Part shown: in pieces, positions 39,241 to 52,592 of the stretch
How positions within the stretch are numbered: the first letter of the stretch is position 1
Layout: every line of letters begins with the position of its first letter
Origin: Azolla caroliniana
Taxonomy: Eukaryota > Plantae > Polypodiophyta
Assembly: GCA_043228905.1 (NCBI GenBank)
Contig: JBHGNT010000009.1
Span: 11,098,001 to 11,162,000 of the forward strand
DNA length: 64,000 nucleotides
Reading direction: 5' to 3'
Notes under the pieces: model-generated
What the model was told of the DNA's origin: nothing
Database searches by the model: none
Seen by the model: only the letters and a program-made list of their open reading frames with translations
Made by a program: the position numbers and the translations under genes

Positions 39241-40826
39241 TTCCCACACATACTCACAACATCAACATCATCATGATACACATTCCAAATAACATTTTCT
39301 AGATTTTCCTTACTCATACCCTTGTGATCTTTATGTAACCCCACATCATCATGGACATATTTTTGTAGAACATCCTCATCATCGCAAAACCCTATTCCAT
39401 TTTCATAATGGATGTCCTCATGAATGTCACCATTTGATTTAGTGAAACCCTTATAAAATCTATCACGAAGAAAACAAAGGCAACCTAAAACACAAAATTC
39501 CTCTTCGTCACTCTCACCCTCATCATTACCCTTATCATAAACATATCCACAGAAAGTGACCAACCTTTTACCATCATAACCCTCATTCTTCTCATAAAAC
39601 TCACTCTCACCACCGTCATCAAGCCCTAAATAATGTGTATCGTTATTATCATCACCGTCATTACGTTTAAATGTAAAGTTTTCATCTCTTCCCAACTTCT
39701 TCTCTTGTTTGTGGCTCTCATTAAACCTATTATACTTGTCATCAAAATTTAAACCATGAGAGTCTTGATCCCAACTACACTCACCGTCACGACTTTCGTT
39801 GATTGCTTTTTCATTAGCACAACCATGAAGAGCTCGACATTGATTCCTCCTCTTGTGTTTACAGTAATCTTTGTTACAATCATAACCTTGTAGATCTCGA
39901 GCACTCTTTGTGAGTTTGTAATGATCTTTGTCTTTATCATAACCGTGTAGATCTTGATCTGTCTCCTCAAGCCCACGTTCTTTGTCACATGTCTCTTCAT
40001 GATTGCATCCTTGAGTGTCTTTGACTTTTCCCTTTAGCCCACTTTCTTCAACGCATCTCTCTTCATTATTGTATCCTTCTTTAGTGCATCTCTCTCTTCT
40101 CTTTAGTTTGCAATGATCTTCATGATGACAATCACAATCTCTCCCTTCAAGATCGTGTTCTTCGTCACATGTTTCTCTTTTGTCGAGTTTGCAACGATCC
40201 TCATAATGACCATAGACATGTCGATATCTCTTATCAAGCCCATGTTCTTCTTCATGACCGCATCCTTGAATATCTTGTTCTTCTGTTTTGAGCCCTTGCT
40301 CTTCATCGCATGTCTCTTCACAATCACATCCTTGAATATCTTGATCTTTTGTCTTGATCCCACGTTCTTTGTCGTATGTCTCTTCATGATCACATCCTCG
40401 AATATCTTGATCTTCCCTATTGAGCCCACAGTCTTCGTCGTGTCTCTTTTCACAATCGCATCGTCGAATATCTCCATCTTTTCTTATGAGCCCACATTCT
40501 TCATTGAAAGTCTCTCCATGACAATAATCGTGATCGTCTCGATCTTCTTAATCTTCTTCATCGTTGAGTAAACCATGAAAAGGTTGAGGCCTGAATCTTG
40601 ACATCATAACCACTTCGTACCAATCCGGAACTTCTTGATATATTCTTTCAACTTTCCTTGCCAACTTGAGATATTCCATTGCTCTATCCTTATCATCATG
40701 CCACAACATTTTGATGGCCTTCCTTACAAATGGAAGGATTAAGAGCCTTGGACCACCTTCTATTCTAATCGACTCCTCTAAGTCGTAAGCAAGCAAGACC
40801 ACATCCATCATTCATGTTGCCTCCAT
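39241..40826 (-). pseudogene. Decayed ORF of about 520 codons: Gag-like N-terminus followed by acidic Cys/His-rich ~22-aa repeats
   Basis: Manual translation past the TAA at 40548 gives DQDIRGCDHEETYDKERGIKTK / DQDIQGCDCEETCDEEQGLKTE and so on; two apparent frameshifts. Confidence 0.6.
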
Positions 40827-41216
40827 TACCACCTTTTGTTGCTCACGTCGGGTTCACCAAATAGATGTCACGTAGCGTGTGACACACGTGCCAAACGTCG
40901 CGATGTGCATGTCACACAAGTGCGGACAAGCATCGGACCTCTATCCGCTAGTGGTTATGGAGGAGATGAATTCGCCATTTTAGGTTTATTATCGGGTCGT
41001 TCTTTGTTGTCGACGACATGCCCGAACTAGAATCAGCGGTGCGGGGGATTGATGTGTAGGCGGCGGTAATGTGGTGGTGTGCAACGTTTAGCGGGCGATG
41101 ACAACGGTGAAATGATCTTTGCCGGTGCTATTTCCTTCTTGATGAGAATTCCAGAGATAGAGTGAATGATCACATGAAATGAAATTGTAGTAGTTGAAGT
41201 GACGCACTAATGTGGT

Positions 41217-41251
<35 letters not shown>

Positions 41252-41850
41252 CAGGAATTGAGGAAGTGTTGAAGATAGATAGATCGATGGATGGTAATTC
41301 CAATTCCGGGTTTGAACCCTTGACATCAATGTTGAGAAACAAGACAAGTCACCAATAAGATAAATAGTTTTTTTTTTAATATTAAGATGTTGATTCAATA
41401 CATAGATTGATCTCCCCTTCTTTCTTTCTTATATAGATGCCCCCATGCATATGATGCATGTGAGGGTGTAAGACATGCATACAATGCATGAGATGCATGC
41501 AATGCATGATTGCCATTTGGTGCTCATGCATCTCATGTGATGCATGATGACCATGTCCCTCATTCAAGCTCTAATGTATGAGCATTTACATGTGAAAAAT
41601 ATAATAACCAAAGTATAACAAGTAACAACTTAGCCTAATGGTAAGTCAATTGTGTCTTAACTTAGAGGTGCAAGGTTCTCATTTAGGGAAAATGATACTA
41701 GGCCTTAGGGGTTCTCATTTAGCATTTATATTTATAACATGCTAACGTACGAGTGTAACCATCGCCCCATTCATTCGTGTGCGCATTGCACCTTCTCGAT
41801 TTTCTCCGTTCCACGCGATTTTCACACCGTTGCCAAAAATCTTCACGACA
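39241..41850 (-). mobile_element. LTR element of the TGTCGTGAAG group: 5' LTR 40866-41850, tRNA-Trp PBS 40843-40859, atypical repeat-rich ORF; 3' part lost
   Basis: The minus-strand LTR starts TGTCGTGAAG and ends CGTGACA; same PBS as 25286; flanked by CCGG in Copia RT. Confidence 0.8.
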
Positions 41851-43966
41851 CCGGCACGAACATCTCATCGTAGTCGATGTCGTGTTGTTGCGCGTAGCCC
41901 TTTGCCATTAATTAGGCCTTGTACCAGTTGACGGAGCCTTCAGTGTTCTATTTAACCTTGTATACCCACCGGCAACCAATTGGCTTCACTCCTATCGGTA
42001 CGTCCACCAAATCCCATGTCTCATTCTCCGTGAGTGCGTGCATCTCTTCCTCCATGGCCTTCTACCAGTTCAAATCCTTAGCCGCTTCTGCGTAGCTCTC
42101 TGGCTCACGCATGGCTGTTATCTTCACCATGTACGCATAATCATGCGCAATATACGCATTGTACCCGTACCTTTTCACAGGGTTTTACTGGCAGGTGGAT
42201 TAGTGTAATTCCTGATTCGCCAATTACACAACCGTCTTGGCCGACACAGACTTTTCCGAAGGTCCATCTTTGTTCTTCCTAGAGTCGGTCTCCTCGGTTC
42301 CTTGCGCAGGGAGAGCAAGACCGAGTCTCCACTACTCGTCGACTCTTCATCTGACTGGTCATTTCGACTCAATCACTCCTGCGGCCTACTCAGCCGGAAT
42401 GAAATTGGACTCTCATCTAGAGTACCGAATCCTTCTTCATCTTCTGCCCGGATCTTTTTGGGCTCACTGGCCTCATGCTCCAAAATCGGGTCAGAGTCAG
42501 TAGAGAGTACCATGATGTTGATTCATCGAACTTAACATCTTTGTCCAGGAGGTTATAACACTTATACCCCTTCTGCTCATGAGAGTAGCCGACTGGTATG
42601 CATTTCTCTGACTTTGGGTCCAACTTCCTCCTCTTCTCATCCGGCGCATGCACATAGGCTATGCTACTGAATATCCGAAGGTGCCTTAAATTTGTCTTCT
42701 GCCTGAAATAGAGCTCGTGTGTTGACACCTTCTCCCCGATCCGGTTTTGGATATAGACAGTCGTCCTAACCGCCTCATCCTAGTAGAATTTGTGCATGCT
42801 TTTCTCCTCAAGCATTGCCCTTGCCGTGTCCACAATTGACCGGTTCTTCCTTTCGGCCACACCGTTTTGTTCCAATGTGTATCGGCGGTTGAATTCCCTC
42901 CGAATTCCTTTTTGTTGCAAATAACTATTGAATTGGCTGGAAAAATATTCTTTTCCGCCATCCGACCGCAGGCACTTGATCTTCCTCTCTATTTCCCACT
43001 CTACAAGACTTTGAAGGTTCTAGAAACAATCGAAAACTTTGCTTTTCCTTTCGATTAGGTAGATCCACATGTGTCGGCTGTAGTCATCGATGTAGGAGAC
43101 GAAATATCGGCTCCCGCCAAGACTAACGTTCTATGTCGAATGTATTAGATCAGGCTTGTTACGGCGCCTATTTCTTTCTGTGGGGAATGGAAGTCGGTGT
43201 TGCTTCCCAAGCTAGCAGTCTTCACATATTTGGGCCTTCCGGCCACTGAATTTTGGCAATCCGAAAACAACTTGTTTCGATTGCAAGTCCTAAAGCCTCC
43301 GGTAGTTGACGTGGTTGATCCACTTGTGCCAAAGATCGATGTCCGGTTTGATCTTTTGTCCTTTTGCAAACATAGTGGTGTCGACGTCATTGGTGTCGAG
43401 GATGAACATCCTCCTGACCCGGCGCACTTGTACAATTATCCAACCTTCTTCCTCGATGAAGCACCCAAGGTGCGTAAACCGCACCTGCATTCCCTGGTCG
43501 AGGATCTACCCAACCGACACCAGTTTCTTTGTGATTGTAGGAACATGTAGTACGTTCGTCAGCTTTCCCTTTTCTCCGACATGGCTTAAAGGAACTTCTC
43601 TAACATGCACAATTGGGTGAGGCGCGTAGTCTCCGATTTCGACAACTTCCTATTGCTCCGGCTTTTCCAGAAACCAGAACCACTCTTCGTGGCTGGTCCT
43701 ATGGTTGGATGCTCCAGAATTAACATACCACACTTCCTCTGATTTGGAAGTGGTCTTCTTTATCGAGTTAGCCTTGTGCTTCATCACAAAGGTTGGCCCC
43801 TTTCCGGTCTTCCCGGTTTCGGATCCTTCTCCGTAGTGCGAGCTTTGTTGGTTCCCTTGTCCGACCTTGCCGAATCTGGATATATCTAAATCGGCGCGCT
43901 TCTTCCAGCACTCGCTTTCTCGGTGGCCTTTATTGCCACAAAACCAACCTTTCGTGTCGGCCTTTA

Positions 43967-44354
43967 ATTGTCGGTTTCCAATGCCACTTTGACTCCCCCT
44001 GCTTGTGGAGGGTCCTGAACTGCTATCAGCACCATCATTGTGCCTCCGGTTCTGCTCTTGTCGACCGCTTCCACTGCATGCTGACCCACCTCGTCCTCCA
44101 TGCCCACGGGGCCGATCCACCTCCATGTACAGCATCCAGATGTCCAATTGAGTGGTCCTCATTGTCGGTTTCCAATGCCACTTTGACTCCCCCTGCTTGT
44201 GGAGGGTCCTGAACTGCTATCAGCACCATCATTGTGCCTCCGGTTCTGCTCTTGTCGACCGCTTCCACTGCATGCTGACCCACCTCGTCCTCCATGCCCA
44301 CGGGGCCGATCCACCTCCATGTACAGCATCCAGATGTCCAATTGAGTGGTCCTC
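43967..44354. repeat. 194-bp direct tandem duplication in Copia gag
   Basis: 43967-44160 is repeated at 44161-44354, apparently identical. Confidence 0.9.
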
Positions 44355-44819
44355 GACCCAATTGCATGGTTTTCTTCGACCATAAGCATCGATTGCAGGT
44401 CGAAGAAGGACGGTGGCTTCTCCCGGGTGGAAATTGTCGTCCAGATTGGCACGTACCGTTATGCTAGACCACCGAGGCAGATCTGGACCATCTCCTCCTT
44501 GTCCACCGTCACGTTGATGGAACCGAGCGTGTCATAGATCTCCTTGATCTTGGTGGTGTAGTCGGTGACCAACATGTCCCTTTGCTGAATGTTGTTGAGC
44601 TCTTGCCGGAGCTGCAACTTCTAAGTTGTGGTACTTGCGGCGAAAATCTTCCGGAGATTTTCCCATGCCTCTTTCGGCATTTTTGCATCCCTGATATAGG
44701 CACGCATCTGGTCGTGCACACAAGATGCGAGGCAGCACAACACCCTGCTCACTCCTTGCTCCCAAACCTGGAAATCCTTGTGTGCCGAATCCGGCGCTAC
44801 TTCATTTGCCCCTTCCACG

Positions 44820-47800
44820 TGTTGGCCGGTTAGGCCAAAGTATGAAAGGAGGAGCCGATTTTGAGAGTTGTAATTAGTTAAATTATGATAATTATAAGAG
44901 TGGACGGATGGACCCGAAATTGGTATGTTGATGTCGATCAGGATCTTAACTGGTTCGTAGCCGGTTGCCTGGTGGCACCAGTTTGTAACCCAACCGAATA
45001 CCTATAAAAGGATCCGGAGACGATGTAAGTAACGACGGATAATTAATAGAGAAGTATTGTGTCTTTACATAATGTTTATCTTGTTAATACCGTTCTATGC
45101 TTAATGTGATTATCATATGTGTGTATCAAGTTAATCATTCTGGATAGTAAGCGGGAAGGATCGGTTCTGTATCACAGTCTGCACATTCCTTACCGTACCA
45201 CCCCTTTGGTGAAGTGTTCCAAAGGGACACCTTGTGTTAGTGACTTGTCCAACCCGGTGACAACACAGTTTTGGCGACCACAATTCCTGCAAAAAGTGTA
45301 GTGAACAGCGAGGGAATGGATAAATAGACCAACGAACGACCTAGTGGCCGAGCGAGCGAGAAGACTCGCCGAGAGACTGCGGAAGCGGGAGGCTTACTAG
45401 CAGGCAGTAGAGGAGATCCAGTAGGATCAGTCTTTTTCCAGAGTAATTCAGCGGGTCGCCGAGGAGTCACTCCGATTGCAACAGAACCACCACCCAAACG
45501 AAGGAAGTAGTTTAAGCTGTTTGCAAGAAGTGAAATCCATTATGCAGACACTTGCCGCAAGAGACGGCGGTTCGGAAGCGTTCTCCGCCATTGAATCGGA
45601 TTCGAACGGCGAACACAGCATCCAATCGAATTATCGTAGTAGCCACGATACCCAGGACGACCCAGAAGACGACGAGTCGAACCACATACCGACACTGAAC
45701 CCGGCGACAACAAAACCAGACCCGGAAGCTCTAGACAAAACGACCGGCACAGAACACTCAGAGGAGGAGCGAGTTCCGATACCAGCCAAGGCAGCACAAG
45801 AAGACAATGACAATGCCATACCAATATCCGAAGTATCGGGATGACCCGGACGCGGAAGCCCATGTATACGTTGTCGCGTTGTTACGCGCGTGCGTGGAGA
45901 AAGGCAGGACCACGGGGGTCTTGGACTAGGGAGCGACGGAGCGTAGGAAGTCGCACTTCACCGTTTCCGGGGCATCCCCGAAGCACGCTGGAAGCAACCG
46001 AAGGGAGAGAGAGAAAGACAGGGAGCGCGCGCTTGACACCGACTCGCGCGCGCACACACACGCACGCACACACACACACACAGCTCACGCCCTCATGTAC
46101 AGGAAACGCAAAAAAGGGGAAGCACTCGACACCATCAAAGACGCCAATATACACAAACAAACGTATATATATATATATATAAGAAGAATACATTCCCGGC
46201 TTCGAGCCGGGCTGAGGTAGGTTACAGTAGTCGTCAGCTGCCAAGCCGCCATCGGGGAGCTCACGGGCTCGTCGCGCCGAGCGGGGTCTTGCGCAGGAGA
46301 TGAGCTGAAGCAAACCCTAAGCGAACACGAAGGGAAGAAGAAGAAGCAGAATAAACCTAACCCTAAACCTAACGGTATACCCTCTAATGCAAAATGGGCA
46401 ACCCTTTCTCAAAGGGCGTTCCCTTCCTTTTATAGAACAAGGACAGGGATGCGTTACAATGTGGGACAAATCCCGCCTTACATGGGATCATCTGCCCCGA
46501 CTTGACTACTCTTCGGCGCCATAAAGGCGCCCTCGATATTCACACTAAATGTACATGGGTGCGTACACACGCTGCACCCCGCCGATGTAGCCAATGTTCC
46601 CGGTTTCCGCCTCTGGCCGAAATTCTTCACGACAACGCGTTTCTCCAAACTTGGGAGGCAAATCATGTCTCCCAACGACTGAACAAAGCCGTGGTAGAAC
46701 AATAAAAAATTGTAGAATTCGGCATGACTTTAGAGGGACCCGCGACTCGTTGGCACTCCAAGCACCTCTCCAACAGTATCGCCACGTTTGAGGATTTAAA
46801 GACTAGATTTCTACGCTTCTTCCACAAATAGGTGGATCAAAGAGAGATTGCCGGCCAATTTTATACGACACAGCAGGACCCGTCTAAAACCATTCAGAAG
46901 TTCGTTATCCGGTTCCAGACGATGCATAGTCAACTCACCAGGGCACCGCCAGAAGCAAAAACGAAAGTGGTATTTTTGGCAACGCTCCGAGAACCTCTCT
47001 GAACCGTGTGTGTGTGTGGTCATAGATTTTCAGACCAACACAATAGACCAGGTCATTGATCGGGTCATGGAAATGTACAAAACGAGTTCATGGTTGACAA
47101 TGGGAGCACTCCAAAGAACACTCCCTACCGAAGAGGACCTACGCTTTCGCCGGACAGTCCAATGCACGACGTGCCTTAACCCTGGGCACTCAACAATAGA
47201 GTGCACGATGAGATCGCAGTGTATGCTATGACATTCTGAGTCACACACAATGGACCGCTGTGAGTACAACTTGCTGAATCGGCAAGTTGCACCAGTCCGA
47301 CACATCGAGACCCGAAACAACCGGGAAGACAAAGAAGAACGATTTCGGCGAGATGATCGCTACCGACCGGTACAAGACGTCTGATACAGTGACCGATGGG
47401 ACGATTATAACTAGGACCGGAGCGAGAGAAGCCGCGACTATAACGGCGATCGTTATAATCGAGATTACTCCCCCGGCTATAATTGGAGAAGAGAGGATCA
47501 ACGGGAATACTATGAAGACCGGCACCGGCAAGGATACTGGAACAACCGACGCTATAATAAAAAACGAAACGCTCGAAAAGAGGATCGTCGGGAAGCGGCA
47601 ATGGATTACAAACGAGAGCCAGATAGAAGCATAACTAGCGCTCAAACAGAACAAAGAAGAGCAGAGGAGCCTAACCGGGTAGTATCCAGATTTCAACCGG
47701 GTAACATGCAAAAAGCAGAGTCTAGCAATACACGGAAGGCATATTGCTATTATTGCCGCCATGAGGGACACTACAGCAACCAATGTCCGGTAAAGAGTAA

Positions 47801-48818
47801 CGAAAAACGACCGGCAGTCAACATGATGGTCGTGGAAGTGGCGAACATCCAACAAGTCACCACTAGATCAAAGGGAAAGATGGCCAAATGGGAGGCCCAA
47901 GAAACGATCCGCAAACAAGCAACGGAATGGATCGAAAAGGCAAATGAATGGAATGTCACCGAACTGAAGGAGCAAAGGAACACATTGGAGGAACCTACAG
48001 AGACAACACAACAGGAGAACCCCACATGGCAGGCATTATAGGAATGCCAGATCATGCTACCACTGGGTCGGTTACTGCAATTGGTGCCCCGATTCACCGA
48101 TGGTTTAAAATCAGCATGGGCCCCACCAAACCCCACACCGGCTCCGGCGTTCTTTTCAAATCCGGAGGAAGGGCCGACAATGGTTGATACCAGCAGTCCC
48201 GCAATCACCACCATTATCAAAGGACGGGAAGTACTGGGGACGATCGTCGATGGCGGATATGGAGTAAACGTAATAAGCATCCAAACATAACACTCTCGGA
48301 ATCCAAGAATGGGAACCATGTCCGTTCTGGCTCTGGATGGTGGACAACAGCCCAGTACGACCGGCCCGATTGATCCAGGATTTGGAGGTAACAATCGGAG
48401 GCCATGCCTTCCGGATTTCTGCCGTCATCCTCGTGTTGAATGCGCGGGTAGCATACCCACTGTTGATGGGGCGACCATGGTTACGGACCACCCACCAGAA
48501 CTGGCAGAAGAACAACATTACGTTCCGAAGGGGGGAAACTTAGGTAAGAGTACCCACGCACCCTCAAGCGGGCCCAGGCAAGGAAGTAACATCGTTATAT
48601 GTCGAAAGCATGAATATGCTAGAAGGGCTTGCCAATGAGGAGGTAGATCACTACCTTGATGAAAACCCAAGGATAGTCCCTCTATTCGAAGGGGACGTAG
48701 CAGAGGTGGTCTCCCCATATATGGGGCAACCGGAGGATGCCGATGAGGAGTCGGATAGGGACGCGATCTGGGAACTGCGACAAGCACAAGAGGCCCTAGA
48801 GCGGGAGATGGCGGATTA
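44820..48818 (+). mobile_element. Ty3/Gypsy 5' half: LTR 44820 to about 45267, PBS TGGCGACCACA (tRNA-Arg-like), gag with Cys/His knuckles and protease; 3'-truncated
   Basis: TGTTG...CAACA LTR with TATAAAA at about 45003; CTTCLNPGH and CYYCRHEGHYSNQC knuckles; IVDGG protease. Confidence 0.8.
45872..46634 (-). mobile_element. Solo LTR (TGTCGTGAAG...CGCGACA), 4-bp TSD ACGT/ACGC
   Basis: Its 3' end matches 25220-25280; host gag EAHVY|AFLQTWE rejoins across it. Confidence 0.88.
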
Positions 48819-48819
48819 G

Positions 48820-50915
48820 AAGCGATCATGCCAAGGGGGTTTGCACCCTTGTGTATCTACCCTTTTGTACCTATTTAACCCTTTATGGGGAATGAATGGA
48901 TAGAATGAACATTTCTCTCTCTCTCTCTCTCTCTCTTTGACATCTTTCTCTCTCTCTCTCTCCCCCTTAACGTTGAACCCCCGCCAAGGGGGGGGGGGGT
49001 GGAGCCAATCTAGGCACCACCCCTCAATGCTTGTCTTGTTCTTCATGATTTCTCTCACCATTATACTCTCCATCATTTTCACGATTACACCATTACCATT
49101 CATCCTCATCCTCTACCCTAACCCTAAAATCCATTAACACTTTTTGGCGACCACTAAGGCAACCCCCCTTTAGAGACGAAGTCGAAGACTACTACACGGC
49201 AAAGACATGGCAACGACGAAATGTGCAAGAAATCAAATGGACGATGTGCAGGAAACGGTGATGTTGTGTGAGAGGACGTCGCAAAAGGATACACAACATA
49301 CGTATGTTGTTCAAGCGTGTTTCCGAAAGTAGTTAGTCACAATGTGCGTGTTTTCAAAAACATGGTGCAAGATGCACGGCTGGACAAACATCGACGCAAA
49401 GGGAATCGATGCTAGCACGACTGGAAAGAGAAGCCCACCAGGAGACTGCGGAGGAAGAAGCATTGTGTGGAGTGGATGCTAGCAGGATGTGCTGAGAATG
49501 CACAAGATATGGTTCCAGAAGAAGAAACACGGAGTCTAGAGTCAGAACCGGAATCGGAACCAAAACCCGAGTCGGTTAACACCGAAGGGTCGAAGAAGAC
49601 GGAGATGCAGACGCAAACGCAGACCAGACATCAACCAATAGTGCCAGAAAGACACGGTCAGACGCACCAGACAAAGGCAACAAAAAAGACACAAGACATG
49701 GTAGGATGGGTCAAATGGGCAGAACATGCAACCTGACAAACGAACGGAGTGGAGTCCAAACAACAACAACGATCGGAGATCGAGACGGCGCCACAATGAC
49801 AGACGAGCAGCCAAAAAGCAGCAACGAGGCTAGACAACGGCCAAGACAAAGACGAAAGGGCCGGAGACCTCGGAAAGCCACGGCCAAACCGAGGGTCAAA
49901 CAGCGGACAGCGGACGAGACGCAAGACGACCACGATGGAAGGACAATGATAGACAGCGACAATGGGAAGCGGTTGCCGGACAGCCGGCCGGAATGAACGG
50001 GATGAAAAACGACGTTGAAGCGGCGGCACAGAGGCCTGACAACACATAAGCAGCCGGATGAAGTGGCAGTGCCCGGTCGGGGCAAATAGAGATGGCAATG
50101 GCGACGGCCGACAGTGATGGACGACAACGATAGACAACTGATGATGACAACGTTGGACATGCCACCAAGGGGCAGAGGAAGAACAGAAAACGATGTCGTA
50201 CAAGGAAAGGACGAAGAAGAAGCACGCAAAAGAGAAAGACGCGGTAGAAAAGCAGAAGAAACAAGAAAACCGTGAGAAATATAGAACAAGAAACAAGAGG
50301 AGAAAGACATGAATAGACAAAGAAACAAGAAGCTAAAACTGACACAAATAGACAAGATCGAACAGATAGGAAGAGGAAGAAGAGGAACTGAAGGAAGATA
50401 GAAGCCTTAGGAGAAAAGAAGATGAAGAAAAGAAAGAGAGAAGGGAAGAAGAAACAGAAAATGGAGAAAATGAGAGAAAGAAAGAAGGGAAGAAGAATCG
50501 GAAAAACAAAGGTAGAAAAAGGAGGAAACAGAAGAAAGTTTCACACCAACGAGAAGAAGCAAGAAGAACAATGAGAAGAAGAAAAAAAAAAAAAGAGGAA
50601 AAAATGGAGAAAATTTGAGGGTATCGAACATAATTATAAAAACATGAGGGTACATAATACAATTTTAAAAATCAAAGGGCGCCTATAGAATTTCGAAAAC
50701 ACATGAACCTAAAAGAAATGGACACGATCCACACACAACTCACAAGATACAAAGAAGAACACACATACACACAACGTCTTTTTGACGACCTGAATGATGT
50801 TACCAAAGTTTGTGAGCCGACATTATACTCTCACCATTATACTCTCCATCATTTTCACGATTACACCATTACCATTCATCCTCATCCTCTACCATAACCC
50901 TAAAATCCATTAACA
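48820..50915 (+). mobile_element. Low-complexity non-autonomous LTR element: partial 5' LTR ending at 49138, PBS TGGCGACCAC, purine-rich interior, partial 3' LTR 50828-50915
   Basis: About 49052-49138 is repeated at 50828-50915 ending TTAACA; no recognisable pol. Confidence 0.7.
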
Positions 50916-52592
50916 CCATGTAGCTCTAGTATCCATGCCCCAACAGGTACTAGTGCATTTTATACGACTAGGACGCGTAATTGCTCCAGTCAAGCTTTTC
51001 TGTTGGAAGCGAGCTCGCCATGCTTTTGTCCATACCTTCCTTTTTTTTCCGGTTTGTTCATTTACCGGTGGTTAGGGTTTGTCTTCAGAGAAAAAGAACA
51101 CTTGTCGGCAGCAAAGGTTCTCAACCCTTGCGCTCGGATACCATGTCAAAGTTAATATGCAGAAGCTTTGACAAACCAGTTTATCCAGATATCAACAAAA
51201 AACAGAGAATAAAGGTTTAATGGAAGCTTAGGAACAGAGAATATACAAGAGAGACATAGAGAGCAGAAAGCATAAACTCCATTCAAAATAATAACACTTT
51301 GTTCATACAATGTGCTCAGTGAGCACTTTTATACAAGTCCTTATACGAATTGACAGAAGTATTGACAAGTACTTCAATGCTCATACGAGCAACTAACACT
51401 AACTCCAAGGAATCTGCCTACATACTAGGCTAGATTTGTAGGCCTCTAACAGCCTATTGGTTACAATCCGTTCTGGCTCTTGGTTCCGAATACCAATTCT
51501 AACACCGATCCGGTTATTCGTTCCGGACTCCGATCCGGCTTTGGCTTATTCAGCCAATTCGGATCCGGTTGAGCTTGTCCACTCAATAAGGATGAACATC
51601 CTCCCTTCTCTGCGCCCATGTACAATTATGCCGCCTTCATCTTCGTTGAAGCAATCGTGATGAGTGAATCAGATTTGCATGCCATGGTCGACAATTTGTT
51701 TGACCGACACCAAGTTCTTGGTGATTATCGGCACATGCAAGATGTTTCTCATCAAACTTTTCTGGTTGACATGGCTCAAAGGAGCATCGCCAATATGTTT
51801 GATGGGGTGAGTTGTGTCGTCGCTAGTTTCGACATATCCCGACTGCTCCGGCTTCTCTAGACTCGAGAACCATTCCTCGTGGTTCGTCATATGGTTGGAA
51901 GCTCCGGAGTCAATATACCACTCCTCCTTGGGTTTCGAAGTACTCGCCTCCATCGAATTGGCTTTGTGCTTCATCACGAATGCAGCATCCTTTCCGGCAC
52001 ACCCTGAATTCTCTATGTAGTGCTACCTCTGCCAATTTCCCTGTTCCACTCTACCTAATTCGACTTTATCCGAATCGGCCTTCTTCTTCCAACATCCGCT
52101 TTCCCTATGGCCCTTTTTACTACAATACTAGCAGTCCATCGACTTGGTTTGTTGGCTTCTAACACCACCTTGACTCCCCCTGCTTGTAGAGGATCATTGA
52201 CTGCTTTCTTCTCTTCTGTTTTGCCTCTACTCATTTTGGCCACCATTCATGTGTGCCGAGCCACCTCTCTGCCCACGCCCATGAGGCTGATTTGCCTTCG
52301 TGCACAACATCCAGTCGTTAGAGTGTGTACTCCTTTACGCACCATGTGCAGATTGCAAGTTGAAGAAGGTCAGGGGCTTCTCCCTTGTGCAAATTATCGG
52401 CCCATACCTTTGCGTTAGACCACCAAGGCAGATCTATACCATCTAGCCCTCATCCTCCTCCATCGTCACATTGATGGACCCCAATGCATCATAGATCTCC
52501 TTGATCTTCGTGGTGTATTCAATCACCATCATATCCCTTTGTCGGATATTGTTGAGCTCCTGACAAACCTGCAACTTGTGGGTTATGGTACT

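Larger units (their letters stand above)
41851..51588 (-). mobile_element. Decayed Copia (same lineage as 17001-22659): 5' LTR 51144-51588, gag split by the insertion at 44820-50915, RT truncated at 41851
   Basis: PBS TGGTATCCGAGC ending at 51143; gag YWSY|VEGANE rejoins across the insert; PR, IN and RT fragments at 41851-43800. Confidence 0.85.

Noticed and set aside
39749-40571. ORF-track proteins 39749-40000, 40103-40477 and 40113-40571 as genes
   Set aside because: Off-frame or antisense readings of the 66-bp repeat ORF.
24556-41850. A 17-kb composite element bounded by inverted TGTCGTGAAG termini
   Set aside because: The flanks differ (ACGC versus CCGG) and lie in different hosts; these are two independent insertions.
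49467-50662. Hydrophobic Phe/Leu/Ser-rich ORFs (also 22593-22960) as env-like membrane proteins
   Set aside because: Antisense readings of GA-rich low-complexity DNA; open in several frames, with no conserved motifs.
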